A stretch of DNA of 64,000 bases from Dehalococcoidia bacterium (GTDB lineage: Bacteria; Chloroflexota; Dehalococcoidia; Plut-88900). The DNA lies in contig OZ240219.1 of the NCBI GenBank assembly GCA_965197645.1, positions 3,147,321-3,211,320 on the forward strand, read 5' to 3'. The notes beneath the pieces are model-generated. The model was not told where the DNA came from and did no database searches. It was given only the letters and a program-made list of their open reading frames with translations. A program made the position numbers and the translations under genes. The first letter of the stretch is position 1; each line of letters opens with the position of its first letter. Positions 19,901 to 29,733 of the stretch are shown one piece after another.

Positions 19901-21739
19901 CTACTTCCCCACCTTCAGTATGGACATGAAGGCCTCCTGGGGAATCTCCACGTTGCCCACCCGCTTCATCCGCTTCTTGCCCTCGGCCTGTTTCTCCAAC
20001 AGCTTCCGCTTGCGGGTAACGTCGCCGCCGTAGCACTTGGCCAGAACGTTCTTCCGAAGCTGCTTTATCGTCTCCCGGGCGATTATCTTGTTGCCGATGG
20101 CAGCCTGGAGGGGCACGTCGAAAAGCTGGCGAGGAATCAGGCTGCGAAGGGATTGGACCAGCGCCCGGCCCCGGTGGTAGGCCTGCTCCGAATGCACGAT
20201 GAGCGATAGTGCGTCCACCGGCTGTTCGTTTACCAGGACGTCCAGCTTGACCATCTGTGCTTTCCTGTACTCCAGGAAGGTGTAGTCCAAGGTGGCGTAC
20301 CCCCGGGTGCTGGACTTGAGGTGGTCGTAGAAATCGACCAGCATCTCCGATAGAGGCATCTCGAACTCCAGCACAACCCGTCGTTGGCCCTGCGCTACTG
20401 AGTCCGTATGGCCTGCCCCCAGGTAGTCCATCTTGGCGTAAACGCCTCGCCTGGCTTTCACCAGCTCCATGACCGGACCGATGTACCTGTCCGGCGTGAC
20501 GATGCTTAGCTCCAGCCACGGCTCCTCTATCGATTCGATCTCCTGGTGGGGCGGCATATCGGCAGGGGACTCTATGATCCGCTCACCGCCCGTGTCCAGG
20601 TTCAGCTTGTAGGCTACGCTGGGAGAGGTGGTGATAAGGTCCAGCCGGTACTCTCTTTCCAACCGCTCCTGTACTATCTCCATGTGGAGCAGCCCCAGAA
20701 ACCCACAGCGGAATCCGGGACCCAGCGCCCCGCTCTCTTCGGGTTCGTAGACCAGCGAGGCATCGTTGAGGGTCAGCTTGTCCAGCGCCTCTCGCAGCAT
20801 CGGGTAGTCGTGGGTATCGACGGGATACAGACCGGCGAACACCATGGGTTTCATGGGCCTGTATCCGGGCAATGGCTCCAAGGCGGGGGTGTCATCGCTG
20901 GTAATGGTATCTCCAACGCGACAGCGGGCCACGTCTTTCAGTCCTGTAGCTACACCACCCACTTCCCCCTGCCCCAGGGCGTCGACTTCCTCGGTCCGGG
21001 GGCTGAACACCGAGACCTCCAGCCCCTCGAAGCGGACCCCATTGGACATGACCCTCAACGCCTCTCCCTTGGAGATCCTACCGTCGAACAGACGGACGTG
21101 TGCAACGACGCCTTTGTAGGGATCGTACTTGGAATCAAAGATCAGCGCTCTCAGGGGAGCCACGCCATCGGTCTCGGGGGGAGGTATACGCTCCACTATG
21201 GCATCCAAAATCTCCTCGGTGCCGAGGCCATCCTTCGCCGAGGCGAGAATCACCTCGTCTCGGGAGTACCCCAGCGCCTCCCCGATCTCGTCTATCACCC
21301 GGTCCGGGTCGGCATTGGGCAGGTCTATCTTGTTGACCACGGGGACGAGGTACAGGTCCTGGTCCAAGGCCATGTAGACGTTAGCCAAGGTCTGGGCCTG
21401 AATGCCCTGGGAGGCGTCCACCACGAGGATGGCGCCTTCGCAGGCGCTCAGACTGCGGGATACCTCGTAGCTGAAGTCCACGTGGCCCGGCGTATCGATG
21501 AGGTTGAGCTCGTAGGACTGGCCGCCGTTGCTGCGATAGTTCAGCCGTACCGCCTTGGCCTTGATGGTGATGCCCCGCTCCCGCTCCAGGTCCATATCGT
21601 CCAGGAGCTGCTCCCGCATCTCTCGCGGGGCAATGGCCCCGGTGTATTCCAGAAGCCTATCCGCCAGGGTGGACTTGCCGTGGTCTATGTGGGCAATTAT
21701 GCAGAAGTTTCGGATGTACTTCGGGTCCATATTGGACAA
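19901..21739 (-). CDS. lepA: Translation elongation factor 4 (LepA)
   Basis: [46 protein letters not shown]. Confidence 0.98.
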   Translation of the reverse strand: MSNMDPKYIRNFCIIAHIDHGKSTLADRLLEYTGAIAPREMREQLLDDMDLERERGITIKAKAVRLNYRSNGGQSYELNLIDTPGHVDFSYEVSRSLSACEGAILVVDASQGIQAQTLANVYMALDQDLYLVPVVNKIDLPNADPDRVIDEIGEALGYSRDEVILASAKDGLGTEEILDAIVERIPPPETDGVAPLRALIFDSKYDPYKGVVAHVRLFDGRISKGEALRVMSNGVRFEGLEVSVFSPRTEEVDALGQGEVGGVATGLKDVARCRVGDTITSDDTPALEPLPGYRPMKPMVFAGLYPVDTHDYPMLREALDKLTLNDASLVYEPEESGALGPGFRCGFLGLLHMEIVQERLEREYRLDLITTSPSVAYKLNLDTGGERIIESPADMPPHQEIESIEEPWLELSIVTPDRYIGPVMELVKARRGVYAKMDYLGAGHTDSVAQGQRRVVLEFEMPLSEMLVDFYDHLKSSTRGYATLDYTFLEYRKAQMVKLDVLVNEQPVDALSLIVHSEQAYHRGRALVQSLRSLIPRQLFDVPLQAAIGNKIIARETIKQLRKNVLAKCYGGDVTRKRKLLEKQAEGKKRMKRVGNVEIPQEAFMSILKVGK

Positions 21740-21750
21740 GGCGTTAGTCT

Positions 21751-22941
21751 TTAGCTTCCCGGCGTCGCAGCCGTTTTCACCTGGCTCTTGAACGCGGGCA
21801 TGACCTCTTCACCGAACCGCTGCAGCTGCTCCACAATCACCGCTTGGGGAGTGCCGATGCCGTGGCCCACGTGAATCTCTTCCAGGCCGGGGTACTGCTC
21901 CTGCACCCGCATGAGCTTTTCGATGATCATCTCCGGAGTGCCACAGAGCCACTCGCCGGCCTTGGCCGCTCCCTCTATACCCGGCAGACCGGCTGCCGGG
22001 GCTGCTTTAGGGTCGCCCAGCTGCACGATCTGCTCGTCGGACAGACCCCGCACCATGTTCAGGGGGGCGAACATCTTCATGTCCTCGAAGTAGTACTTCT
22101 CCGCTTCCCGTATCGCCTTCTCTTCCGTCTCGGCGATGTGGAAGGAGAAGCCGAACACGCTATCACCTCCCAGCTCCGTCTCCCGACCATGCTGGGCCAG
22201 GGTCTCCTGCCAGGATCGGGCCACGTTCTCGCTGGCGCCGCCGGGGGCTACACCGCCGCCGATGATCGCCTTGATACCGTGCTTGGCCATGAAGTTCAAG
22301 CCCCTGGGACTGGCGCTGACCACGGGCTGATAGCAATCGACGGGCAGGGTGCGCGGCCTAGGCACCAGGGTGATCTCTTCCAACTCGTAACCCCGGTAGG
22401 GGACCTTGGGCGGGATCTCATAGTGCTTGCCGTGGTGGGAGAAGCTCTGCTCGTTGAAGGACTTGAATATCAGGTCCACCTGCTCTTCGAACAGCTCACG
22501 GTTCGCATCCTGGTCCAGCAGGGGGTTGCCGAAGACCTCGACTTCCCGCGTATGATAGCCCCGTCCCACGCCGAAGATCACACGTCCCTTCGTGAGGTGG
22601 TCCACTATGGCGAAGTCCTCGGCCAACCGCAGCGGATGCCACATGGTTGTGATGTTGAAACCGCTCCCCACCTTGATGTTCTTGGTGCGGTGGCATATCT
22701 CCATGGCGAACAGCATTATGTTGGGGATGCACTCGTAGCCCTCCCGTTGGAAGTGGTGCTCCGCCAGCCAGATAACGTCGAACCCCATATCGTCCATGCA
22801 CTTTGCCATGGCGAGGGTCTTATCGAAGATCGTCGCCAGGTGATCATCGGAGAACCACCTATCGTTGACCGCGGTGCCTTCGAGACCGACGTTGTCCATG
22901 TCCACGTGCCCTGCGAATAGACTGCCAAACCTGGTAATCAT
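21751..22941 (-). CDS. LLM class flavin-dependent oxidoreductase
   Basis: [34 protein letters not shown]. Confidence 0.92.
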   Translation of the reverse strand: MITRFGSLFAGHVDMDNVGLEGTAVNDRWFSDDHLATIFDKTLAMAKCMDDMGFDVIWLAEHHFQREGYECIPNIMLFAMEICHRTKNIKVGSGFNITTMWHPLRLAEDFAIVDHLTKGRVIFGVGRGYHTREVEVFGNPLLDQDANRELFEEQVDLIFKSFNEQSFSHHGKHYEIPPKVPYRGYELEEITLVPRPRTLPVDCYQPVVSASPRGLNFMAKHGIKAIIGGGVAPGGASENVARSWQETLAQHGRETELGGDSVFGFSFHIAETEEKAIREAEKYYFEDMKMFAPLNMVRGLSDEQIVQLGDPKAAPAAGLPGIEGAAKAGEWLCGTPEMIIEKLMRVQEQYPGLEEIHVGHGIGTPQAVIVEQLQRFGEEVMPAFKSQVKTAATPGS

Positions 22942-22957
22942 CTCTTACCTCCCTTTC

Positions 22958-23719
22958 TTAGGCCCAGCCGCCGAATACTGCGTGACCGGCCCTCATCCAG
23001 AAACAATCGGCGTCTTTGAACCCGGCCTCTCTCATCCAGACCAGCTGGTCCGCCAACCTGGAAGGCTGGTCGAACTCGTCGGGTACTTCGACGTCATAGA
23101 AGTTCCATCCGTCGTCTCGGAAGAAGTCGAAAGCCTTCAGCTCGCCCGTCTTCTCCATGCTTTGAGCCCGAACGGCCCGGTACCACTGCGCGGCGAAGAC
23201 GCCCTTGGCTTCTTCCGACATCGGCTCCGCCAGGTCCATCACGATGAACGCTCCGCCCGGCTCCAGCCGGGACGCTATGTCCCGAAACAGCTTGCGCTTT
23301 CCCTCGGCGTCCAGGTGGTGCACGATCAAAGAGGCCAGGACGCATCGCAACGCGCCGGGCAGCTCCTCTCGCCAGTCGTCGTCAACCAGCTCAAAGTGGG
23401 TTACCTGGAACCGCTCCCCGAAGGGAGCAAGCATCTCGTTCAGCCTTCGGCGCATCATCGGCGAGCCGTCCTTCGCCAGGTACCGGCAGTTGGGGTAGGC
23501 CTGCAGAACGGCCCGGGCCAGCGTTCCGTCCCCGGCGCCCAACTCAACGACGGTGAAGGCCTCGTCGTGCCGGGCTGGTATCAGGCCCGTTATCGTATCG
23601 ATCAACTCCGGCCGGGAGGGCACGAAGATGTCCGCCTGATCGACGAACACCTCGGAGGCGTCTTCGTCCCAGCCCTGGACCTGCACTGTATTTGTCTCTT
23701 CGCTCAACCTGTTTACCAA
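22958..23719 (-). CDS. Class I SAM-dependent methyltransferase
   Basis: VELGAGDG, DGSPMM, SLIVHHL, LEPGG. Confidence 0.9.
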   Translation of the reverse strand: MVNRLSEETNTVQVQGWDEDASEVFVDQADIFVPSRPELIDTITGLIPARHDEAFTVVELGAGDGTLARAVLQAYPNCRYLAKDGSPMMRRRLNEMLAPFGERFQVTHFELVDDDWREELPGALRCVLASLIVHHLDAEGKRKLFRDIASRLEPGGAFIVMDLAEPMSEEAKGVFAAQWYRAVRAQSMEKTGELKAFDFFRDDGWNFYDVEVPDEFDQPSRLADQLVWMREAGFKDADCFWMRAGHAVFGGWA

Positions 23720-23766
23720 TTTCTAACTTAGGCGTAAGAACGATATTGCCATTGACCCGACCTCTT

Positions 23767-24381
23767 CTAGTGGGCCGGCGAGAAGGAGGATGGGACCATG
23801 ATCTTGTTCTGCATCACGTTGATGAACTCGCCCGTATTCGGGGGCCATGCGCCCGCGTCGATCGCCGCTTGCCGGATTCGCGCCCTCTCCTCCAAGCTCT
23901 CGTAGGGCCAGATGTGGATCAGCTTGGAAAGGGTTCCCAGGTCGGTGTATCCGCAGGCGAAGCACTTGGAGTACTCCTCCCGCCCGGGGATCTTCTCGCC
24001 CCACCGTTTCATGATCTCCGGCATGGTCCCCGGTGCACAGTTGTACATCCGCATTTCGTATACATGTCCATAGTGACCCGGCTCGATGGGGCTCATGAAC
24101 GGCGCCGGCACCATTATCTCCGATTCCTGCTGTACTATCAGGTGCCCATCGTTGGGCGGCCAATGGGGGTCCTTCATGGCCGCCTCGCGCACCTCGGTCC
24201 GGTGTTTCAGGTCGTCGTAGCCCCACATGTGAATGATCTGGTTCAACGGGCCGATCTCCGTGTGCCAGCACCCCGCCAGCTTGGAGTATTTCTCCCGATG
24301 GGGCAACGCCTCGGCGAACTCCTTCTCGAACTGGGGCATCGCTCCCGGTTGCAGAATATATGACCTGATTTCGTATAGCAT
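23767..24381 (-). CDS. NIPSNAP family protein (two domains)
   Basis: YEIRSY...HTEIGPLNQIIHMW and YEMRMY...LIHIWPY repeats. Confidence 0.92.
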   Translation of the reverse strand: MLYEIRSYILQPGAMPQFEKEFAEALPHREKYSKLAGCWHTEIGPLNQIIHMWGYDDLKHRTEVREAAMKDPHWPPNDGHLIVQQESEIMVPAPFMSPIEPGHYGHVYEMRMYNCAPGTMPEIMKRWGEKIPGREEYSKCFACGYTDLGTLSKLIHIWPYESLEERARIRQAAIDAGAWPPNTGEFINVMQNKIMVPSSFSPAH

Positions 24382-24399
24382 TTCTTCCCTCCAGCTGCG

Positions 24400-25353
24400 C
24401 TAGTTTGAGGCCAAGGGCATGATCTTCGTGGCGAAGAGTTCCATCTCCGAGAGTTGGGCGTCTACCGTTTCTCCGAAGAAGGGGAACATCATAGTCTGCA
24501 CGCCCACCTCGTCGAAGGATTTGATGTCGTCCGCCACCTGTTGAGGGGTGCCTGTGAACAGGCTTCGTTCGCCTTCGGGGCCCTTCTCAACTTCATGCGG
24601 ATTGTAGGTGGCGGGATAGTAGGCTATGCCAATCTCGTCCGGGTCTCTGCCGATCTTTTCAGCGTTGGCCCGTATGCGAGACCTGTATTCTACCAGCCGC
24701 TCCTTCGTGTCCACCGGAAATCTGGGGTTGTTGCCGATGGGGAACCAAGCATCTCCCAGCCGGGCGGTCCGCCGCAGCGCCGGCGGACTCTCGCCGCCGA
24801 CCCACAGAGGAGGGTGCGGCTTCTGCACCGGTTTGGGCTCGAAGTTTATGTCCGAGAAACTGCAGTACTTCCCATCGAAGGTGGGGTTGTCGCTGGTCCA
24901 AAGCTCCTTGAACGCGGCGAGATACTCGTCGCTTATGGCACCCCTCTCCTCGAAGGGAGGTGATCCCAGGGCTTGGAACTCCTCCTCCATCCATCCCACG
25001 CCGCAACCCAGTATCAGGCGGCCGTTGCAAAGCACGTCAATCGTCGCCAGAATCTTGGCGGTGAAGATGGGGTCTCGATAGGGAAGGACCATGACCGCCG
25101 AGACCAGCTTTGCCTTGGACGTCTGCCCTGCCAGAAAGCTCATCGTCGAGAGCATCTCCAGGCAATCGGTGCCGCCGGGCCACGCGCCCGAGTCGTTATA
25201 GGGATAGATAGAGTCGATCGTTTTCGGCATCACAAGGTGGTCGCTGACGCTGATCAGCCCGAAGCCCATCTCCTCGCCGCCCCTGGCGACGGCCGCTATG
25301 TTATCGGGAGTCGCTACTGGGCCGCTGTCCGGGACGCCGAATCCGAATTCCAT
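24400..25353 (-). CDS. LLM class F420-dependent oxidoreductase (Rv2161c-like)
   Basis: SDHLVMP, AKILATIDVL.NGRLILG.GVGWMEEEF, PKPVQKPHPP.WVGG. Confidence 0.9.
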   Translation of the reverse strand: MEFGFGVPDSGPVATPDNIAAVARGGEEMGFGLISVSDHLVMPKTIDSIYPYNDSGAWPGGTDCLEMLSTMSFLAGQTSKAKLVSAVMVLPYRDPIFTAKILATIDVLCNGRLILGCGVGWMEEEFQALGSPPFEERGAISDEYLAAFKELWTSDNPTFDGKYCSFSDINFEPKPVQKPHPPLWVGGESPPALRRTARLGDAWFPIGNNPRFPVDTKERLVEYRSRIRANAEKIGRDPDEIGIAYYPATYNPHEVEKGPEGERSLFTGTPQQVADDIKSFDEVGVQTMMFPFFGETVDAQLSEMELFATKIMPLASN

Positions 25354-25447
25354 TTTCTTATCCCTTCTGGTCGGCTACATATACCGGGATGTACCCAAGC
25401 TTCCTACGCTGCACCGGTTTTCTGGAGGGTTCTTGATGAATGTTAGC

Positions 25448-25532
25448 TGGTGCGGAAGGTGGGACTCGAACCCACACGCCCGAAGGCACATGATCCTAAG
25501 TCATGCTCGTCTGCCAATTCCGACACTTCCGC
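25448..25532 (-). tRNA. tRNA-Leu (anticodon TAG)
   Basis: Minus strand GCGGAAGTGTCGGAATTGGCAGAC...CATGA-CTTAGGA-TCATG, long variable arm, GTTCGAGTC T-loop, encoded CCA. Confidence 0.96.
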
Positions 25533-25620
25533 CGGCGGATGATGGCCGGTAGACGTAATCCTACCATACCGAGCCTGTTTTAGAATGCCCCATCGAGATA
25601 GTGCAGAGGAATCCTTTCCT

Positions 25621-26940
25621 CTACTCTTCATACCACCCCGATCCAAATATCAGCCCATCATAGAGCACTGCCCAAGTGTGCTTCTGCCGGTCATCCCCCG
25701 TTTCAGGATTCAACAGCACGTAGTCAACCCAACGTCCCGACTCGGTGGCGCCCAGCAGGTCGTCACCGTAGAAGTAACCGGTGGCATCGACGCGAAGGGC
25801 AGGGTCCCGGCCTCTAAACATCGGGTTATGGTGGGATATGGTGTAGCCGTTCTCGTCTACGATGAAGACGTACCACTGGCCGTCCACGCTCTCCCTTGTG
25901 TTGTAGTAAGCGACTGTGGCATCGCGGCCGATGGCAGTGTAGAGGTTGATGGCCCTCGTCACGAAGTCCTGCGTGTATGAGGGTGCGTCGTGCTTACCGG
26001 CCGCCTGCTCATACCAGCCTGATCCAAAGGTTATACCGTCATGTTCAACCATCCAGGAGTGCTTGGCCTCGAAGCCCCCGGTGGCGGGGTTAGCGAAGGT
26101 GTAGCTGAACCACTCACCATCCTCATCGGCCACTGCAATTACCGCTTCTCCGGCGGGATAGTCGTTAGGTCCGATGGCCTCCGAGGCGGGCCGGCCGACT
26201 AGGTCCGGGTTGGCGGCGTGGGCCAGCATCGTGTCATCGTCGAGGATGAACATGTACCACTGGCCATCAATGCTCTCATCGGTGTTGTAGTAGGCGACGG
26301 TATCTTCCAGGCCCAGGGCGTTGTAGAGGTTTATGGAGTTCGCCACGAAGTCCTGCGTGTATGCTGGAGCGTCGTGCTTGCTGGTTAACGTCTCATACCA
26401 ACCCGATCCAAAGGTCAAGCCGTCATGTTTGACCATCCAGGAGTGTTTGGTCCCGGCGGTGCCCGAGACCCTGTACTCGAAGGGGTAGCTGAACCATTCA
26501 CCATCCTCATCGGCCACTGCAATTACCGCTTCTCCGGCGGGATAGTCGTTAGGTCCGACGGCCTCCGAGGCGGGCCGGCCGACTAGGTCCGGGTTGGCGG
26601 CGTGGGCCAGCATCGTGTCATCGTCGAGGATGAACATGTACCACTGGCCATCAATGCTCTCATCGGTGTTGTAGTAGGCGAGAGTGGCATCGAGACCTTC
26701 CGAGTTGTACTTGTTGATGGCCGCTTTAACAAAGTACTTGGTGTACTCGTCGGGCTCCCACTTGGGAGGTACGGTCGCCTGCGCCTGCTGCTGCTCGATG
26801 ATGTCTGCGATGGCAGCCTCATCTATGGAGGCGGATTCTCCCGGAGGCCCCGCAGGTCCAGCGGGTCCGGCTTTTCCCTGGCAGGCGGCAACCAGCAGGA
26901 CAAGAACGAGGATCGGGACTATCACGAAAGGTGCTCGCAT
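25621..26940 (-). CDS. Exported lipoprotein with three tandem single-Cache-like domains
   Basis: Lipobox LVAAC, GPAGPAGPPG linker, three units with DGQWYxFI...H...W..Y...KH(S/T)W...DG..FGSGWYE. Confidence 0.8.
   Translation of the reverse strand: MRAPFVIVPILVLVLLVAACQGKAGPAGPAGPPGESASIDEAAIADIIEQQQAQATVPPKWEPDEYTKYFVKAAINKYNSEGLDATLAYYNTDESIDGQWYMFILDDDTMLAHAANPDLVGRPASEAVGPNDYPAGEAVIAVADEDGEWFSYPFEYRVSGTAGTKHSWMVKHDGLTFGSGWYETLTSKHDAPAYTQDFVANSINLYNALGLEDTVAYYNTDESIDGQWYMFILDDDTMLAHAANPDLVGRPASEAIGPNDYPAGEAVIAVADEDGEWFSYTFANPATGGFEAKHSWMVEHDGITFGSGWYEQAAGKHDAPSYTQDFVTRAINLYTAIGRDATVAYYNTRESVDGQWYVFIVDENGYTISHHNPMFRGRDPALRVDATGYFYGDDLLGATESGRWVDYVLLNPETGDDRQKHTWAVLYDGLIFGSGWYEE
26101..26681. 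repeat. 197-bp near-identical intragenic duplication (26101-26297 and 26485-26681)
   Basis: Direct comparison by eye shows two substitutions; offset 384 bp = 128 codons. Confidence 0.9.
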
Positions 26941-27039
26941 TATCGCTCGTTGAGTTTGGGCGGTCTTTGTCTAGGCCTTGAGCGGCCCCACATGATCGGG
27001 AGCAATTGGGGGAGTATCTCCCGCATAACCAACGCAAGA

Positions 27040-29682
27040 CTAGCCCTCTTGGCTGATAAACGGGCCCCCATGCAGCCGTTTGAAAACACCCTTGACTTCT
27101 TCGACTAATACGGGTGGCGTATGTTCCAAAACCAGGTGATAGATATCCTCATCTTCGGGACTATCAGATGTCGTAACGTATAAGCCCTCCGGGACGTATT
27201 CCAGAAAGTACGCTCTTAACGCCGATAACCACGCTTCTTCACCCATGACATCTCGCAGCCTCAACAAGAAATGCTGGCCCATCGCATACTTACACGTGTC
27301 CCATAATGGGCCACCTCCCAAATCGTTCAAGTCTTGAAGAGTTTGGAGTCCATTTTCTGCACAATAGTCCGGAAACTCTGTGGTCGGGATATTCCCATCG
27401 TTGTTAATGAAGTCCCTGATTACATGAGCGCAGCCCTCATTAAACCACGCTGGGCCTGCATTACAATAGTAGTGGGCTGTTTCATGGAACATGGTCGATG
27501 CCTCCACGTTCCCACGAAACGAATCAAGAAACATTATGATACCTATATGTCGACCCCGGGTTCCTGGCTCTAAGACGTAGAGGATCACGTTCTCTACGGG
27601 AAATGGAATCGACCAGAACTCCTCGGATCCTCTCACGGCTCGTTCCATCGTAGCAAGGGTGTTCTGGGGACTAAACTGGTGGTAACCCACCACCCATAGA
27701 TTCACAGGGCCTGCCAGGGGCAGTTCTATAGCCTTAGTCTCAATGGTGTAGGGGTCGCCGAGTCGGTCTTCCTCTGAGGTAATTGCGGCGATCAGATATA
27801 CCCGCTCTTTTCGATCCAAGCCGTCAGCGATCCACGGTTCCATAAACAAGCGATTAAGTCGGTCTGGGTTGTGTGTTTCCAAACCGGTCTGCACACTGAA
27901 TGAGGGGTGCTCACGAAGATTGCCCAGAGATTGGATGAGGCTGAGGTCAAGGACGCCGGGAGGATACTTGATTAGCCCCAAAATCTTCCTAGCCATCTGA
28001 GGATCGGCTGAATCGGTATCAGGTGAAATCGCTATATCCTTCAAAGTGTTAATGCCAAACAAGACCTCCAAGAATGTCACGCCGTCCGTCACCCAAGGTG
28101 ATGCAGCCAGCTCCATGGCAAAATCGGGCTGGTTCCAATAAACCAATTCGTAGAGGCGGCCAACCGCGCTGGTCTCCCATCTGTCTATGTTGTCGGCCAA
28201 CCACGGAAAGCGGAGTAGGAGTCTCGCCAATTCAGGCGCATTCTCGTCTAGAAATCGCATATACTCGAGAATACTGGTTTCATTGATAACAAGCTGCTCG
28301 TCAAATATCCAAGACCATGCCAGTATCGTTTTAGCCAATTCCGAATTGTTATTGTCAATTCTCTGTAATGCTTCGAGCGCTCTCCACTCTGTGTAGGATG
28401 GATCTGCAGTGAAGTCAGTGATGCCATCCCGGTACCAACTGGTTGCCTCAACCAGTTCCATTAGCGGAGGGGTTTGTATGAAAGCTTCTGAGAACGCATA
28501 GAGCGTAACGATGTACATAGATTCGTCTTCCGTAATGTCGGCATAGGAAAAATCGGTAACGGCCAGGAGGACCTCGGCATGGTCGATAGTGCCGCTTTCA
28601 TCGATATCGTATTGATCTAAAAGATTGTCCTCAATGAAGGGGTTCGACCCCTGGGGAGCAGCGAAGGTGGCGATCCAGAAGTCGGGTGATCGATTCTGGT
28701 CTGCGATAGCTCCGAGCTTCTGCAACAGTAGAGTCTCAGCTTCGTCCAAGCCATCGTCTAACCACGTCCTTCCCACCACGGCGTTGAACACGTCACTATC
28801 ACGAGACGCTAGAGCACCCAGAGCGCCCACCTGTGGCACATCGACGTCTTCCACAGTTTCCAGGAAGGGCATGGAAAGAATCAGCAGAGCCGCCTCTTCG
28901 CTACTCTCTGTAAGTGCTAGAAGCCCCTCTACTACCAAGATTTCATGTTCGCCGAGGCCATCCGCCACCCAGGGCTTGTCGACGGTGGTTCGGAAGAGGT
29001 CCGGCTGGTCCGCCGCTATACCCGCTAGAAGCTCCACGGCACCGGCGTCGACCTGTCCATGTGTATCCAAGAATGCCAGTCCTACAAGGAGTTGCCCGTC
29101 AGATTCGTTGCGGACTACGAGCTCTCGAATTCGCAGAATGACGGAGGACTCCAATTCATCCACGCCATCCCTGACCCACGGCTTGTCCGTGAGGGCAGGA
29201 TAGGAGTCCAAACCAACCGAGGCTTCGATGTCCACCAAGCCCTGGACGGCTTGTTGTTCGGCATCGTCTATGCCATCGGCGACCCAGACCAGGGACGTGA
29301 TGGCTGACGCCAATGTGGGCCTGTTCTGTTCCAGCCAGCGGCCGTTCGTGAAGGCTCGGAGAGAGAACGAAGCAACCGTTGGGATAGCCGAGGGTGTAGC
29401 TGTAGACGTCTTAGTCAGCGTAGGAGTTGGCGTAGCGGAGAGTGTAGGCGTGCGCGTGGGGAAGGGCGTTTCGGTTGGAGTGGATGAGGGCAGCGGTGTT
29501 GGAGTGCTGGCTGGCGTCGGAGATGGAGTTGGGGACGCTACAGATACTGGCGCTGGGGTCTGAGCAGGACTCGACGTAGTCCCAAGGTCACACGAAAGTA
29601 GCGACGCGGCTGCTAGGGCCGTAAGCAGGCCAGCCCATACTGCCCGATGGATTCTCTCCTGCGAACCAAGAAAGCGAGGCAT
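27040..29682 (-). CDS. Large lipoprotein: Pro/Thr stalk, helical repeats, EF-hand-like motif, C-terminal gluzincin metallopeptidase-like domain
   Basis: LLSC lipobox, PT-rich stretch, repeated W..DG.D..E units, DIDESGTIDHAE, HETAH...WFNEG. Confidence 0.7.
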   Translation of the reverse strand: MPRFLGSQERIHRAVWAGLLTALAAASLLSCDLGTTSSPAQTPAPVSVASPTPSPTPASTPTPLPSSTPTETPFPTRTPTLSATPTPTLTKTSTATPSAIPTVASFSLRAFTNGRWLEQNRPTLASAITSLVWVADGIDDAEQQAVQGLVDIEASVGLDSYPALTDKPWVRDGVDELESSVILRIRELVVRNESDGQLLVGLAFLDTHGQVDAGAVELLAGIAADQPDLFRTTVDKPWVADGLGEHEILVVEGLLALTESSEEAALLILSMPFLETVEDVDVPQVGALGALASRDSDVFNAVVGRTWLDDGLDEAETLLLQKLGAIADQNRSPDFWIATFAAPQGSNPFIEDNLLDQYDIDESGTIDHAEVLLAVTDFSYADITEDESMYIVTLYAFSEAFIQTPPLMELVEATSWYRDGITDFTADPSYTEWRALEALQRIDNNNSELAKTILAWSWIFDEQLVINETSILEYMRFLDENAPELARLLLRFPWLADNIDRWETSAVGRLYELVYWNQPDFAMELAASPWVTDGVTFLEVLFGINTLKDIAISPDTDSADPQMARKILGLIKYPPGVLDLSLIQSLGNLREHPSFSVQTGLETHNPDRLNRLFMEPWIADGLDRKERVYLIAAITSEEDRLGDPYTIETKAIELPLAGPVNLWVVGYHQFSPQNTLATMERAVRGSEEFWSIPFPVENVILYVLEPGTRGRHIGIIMFLDSFRGNVEASTMFHETAHYYCNAGPAWFNEGCAHVIRDFINNDGNIPTTEFPDYCAENGLQTLQDLNDLGGGPLWDTCKYAMGQHFLLRLRDVMGEEAWLSALRAYFLEYVPEGLYVTTSDSPEDEDIYHLVLEHTPPVLVEEVKGVFKRLHGGPFISQEG

Positions 29683-29733
29683 GTGAGGGGTAGCCCTCCT
29701 GTAGAGACATCTTTCAACATTCCAGCTTGAACT

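Noticed and set aside
25448-25532. tRNA-Leu as the ICE attachment site
   Set aside because: The element lies on the 5' side of the tRNA, no duplicated tRNA 3' end was seen, and the integrase is a serine recombinase about 4 kb away
25571-25585. GAGCCTGTTTTAGAA resembling an IS5-like terminal repeat (similar to the IRs at 1967/2109)
   Set aside because: No partner end or transposase found; it overlaps the probable tRNA promoter region
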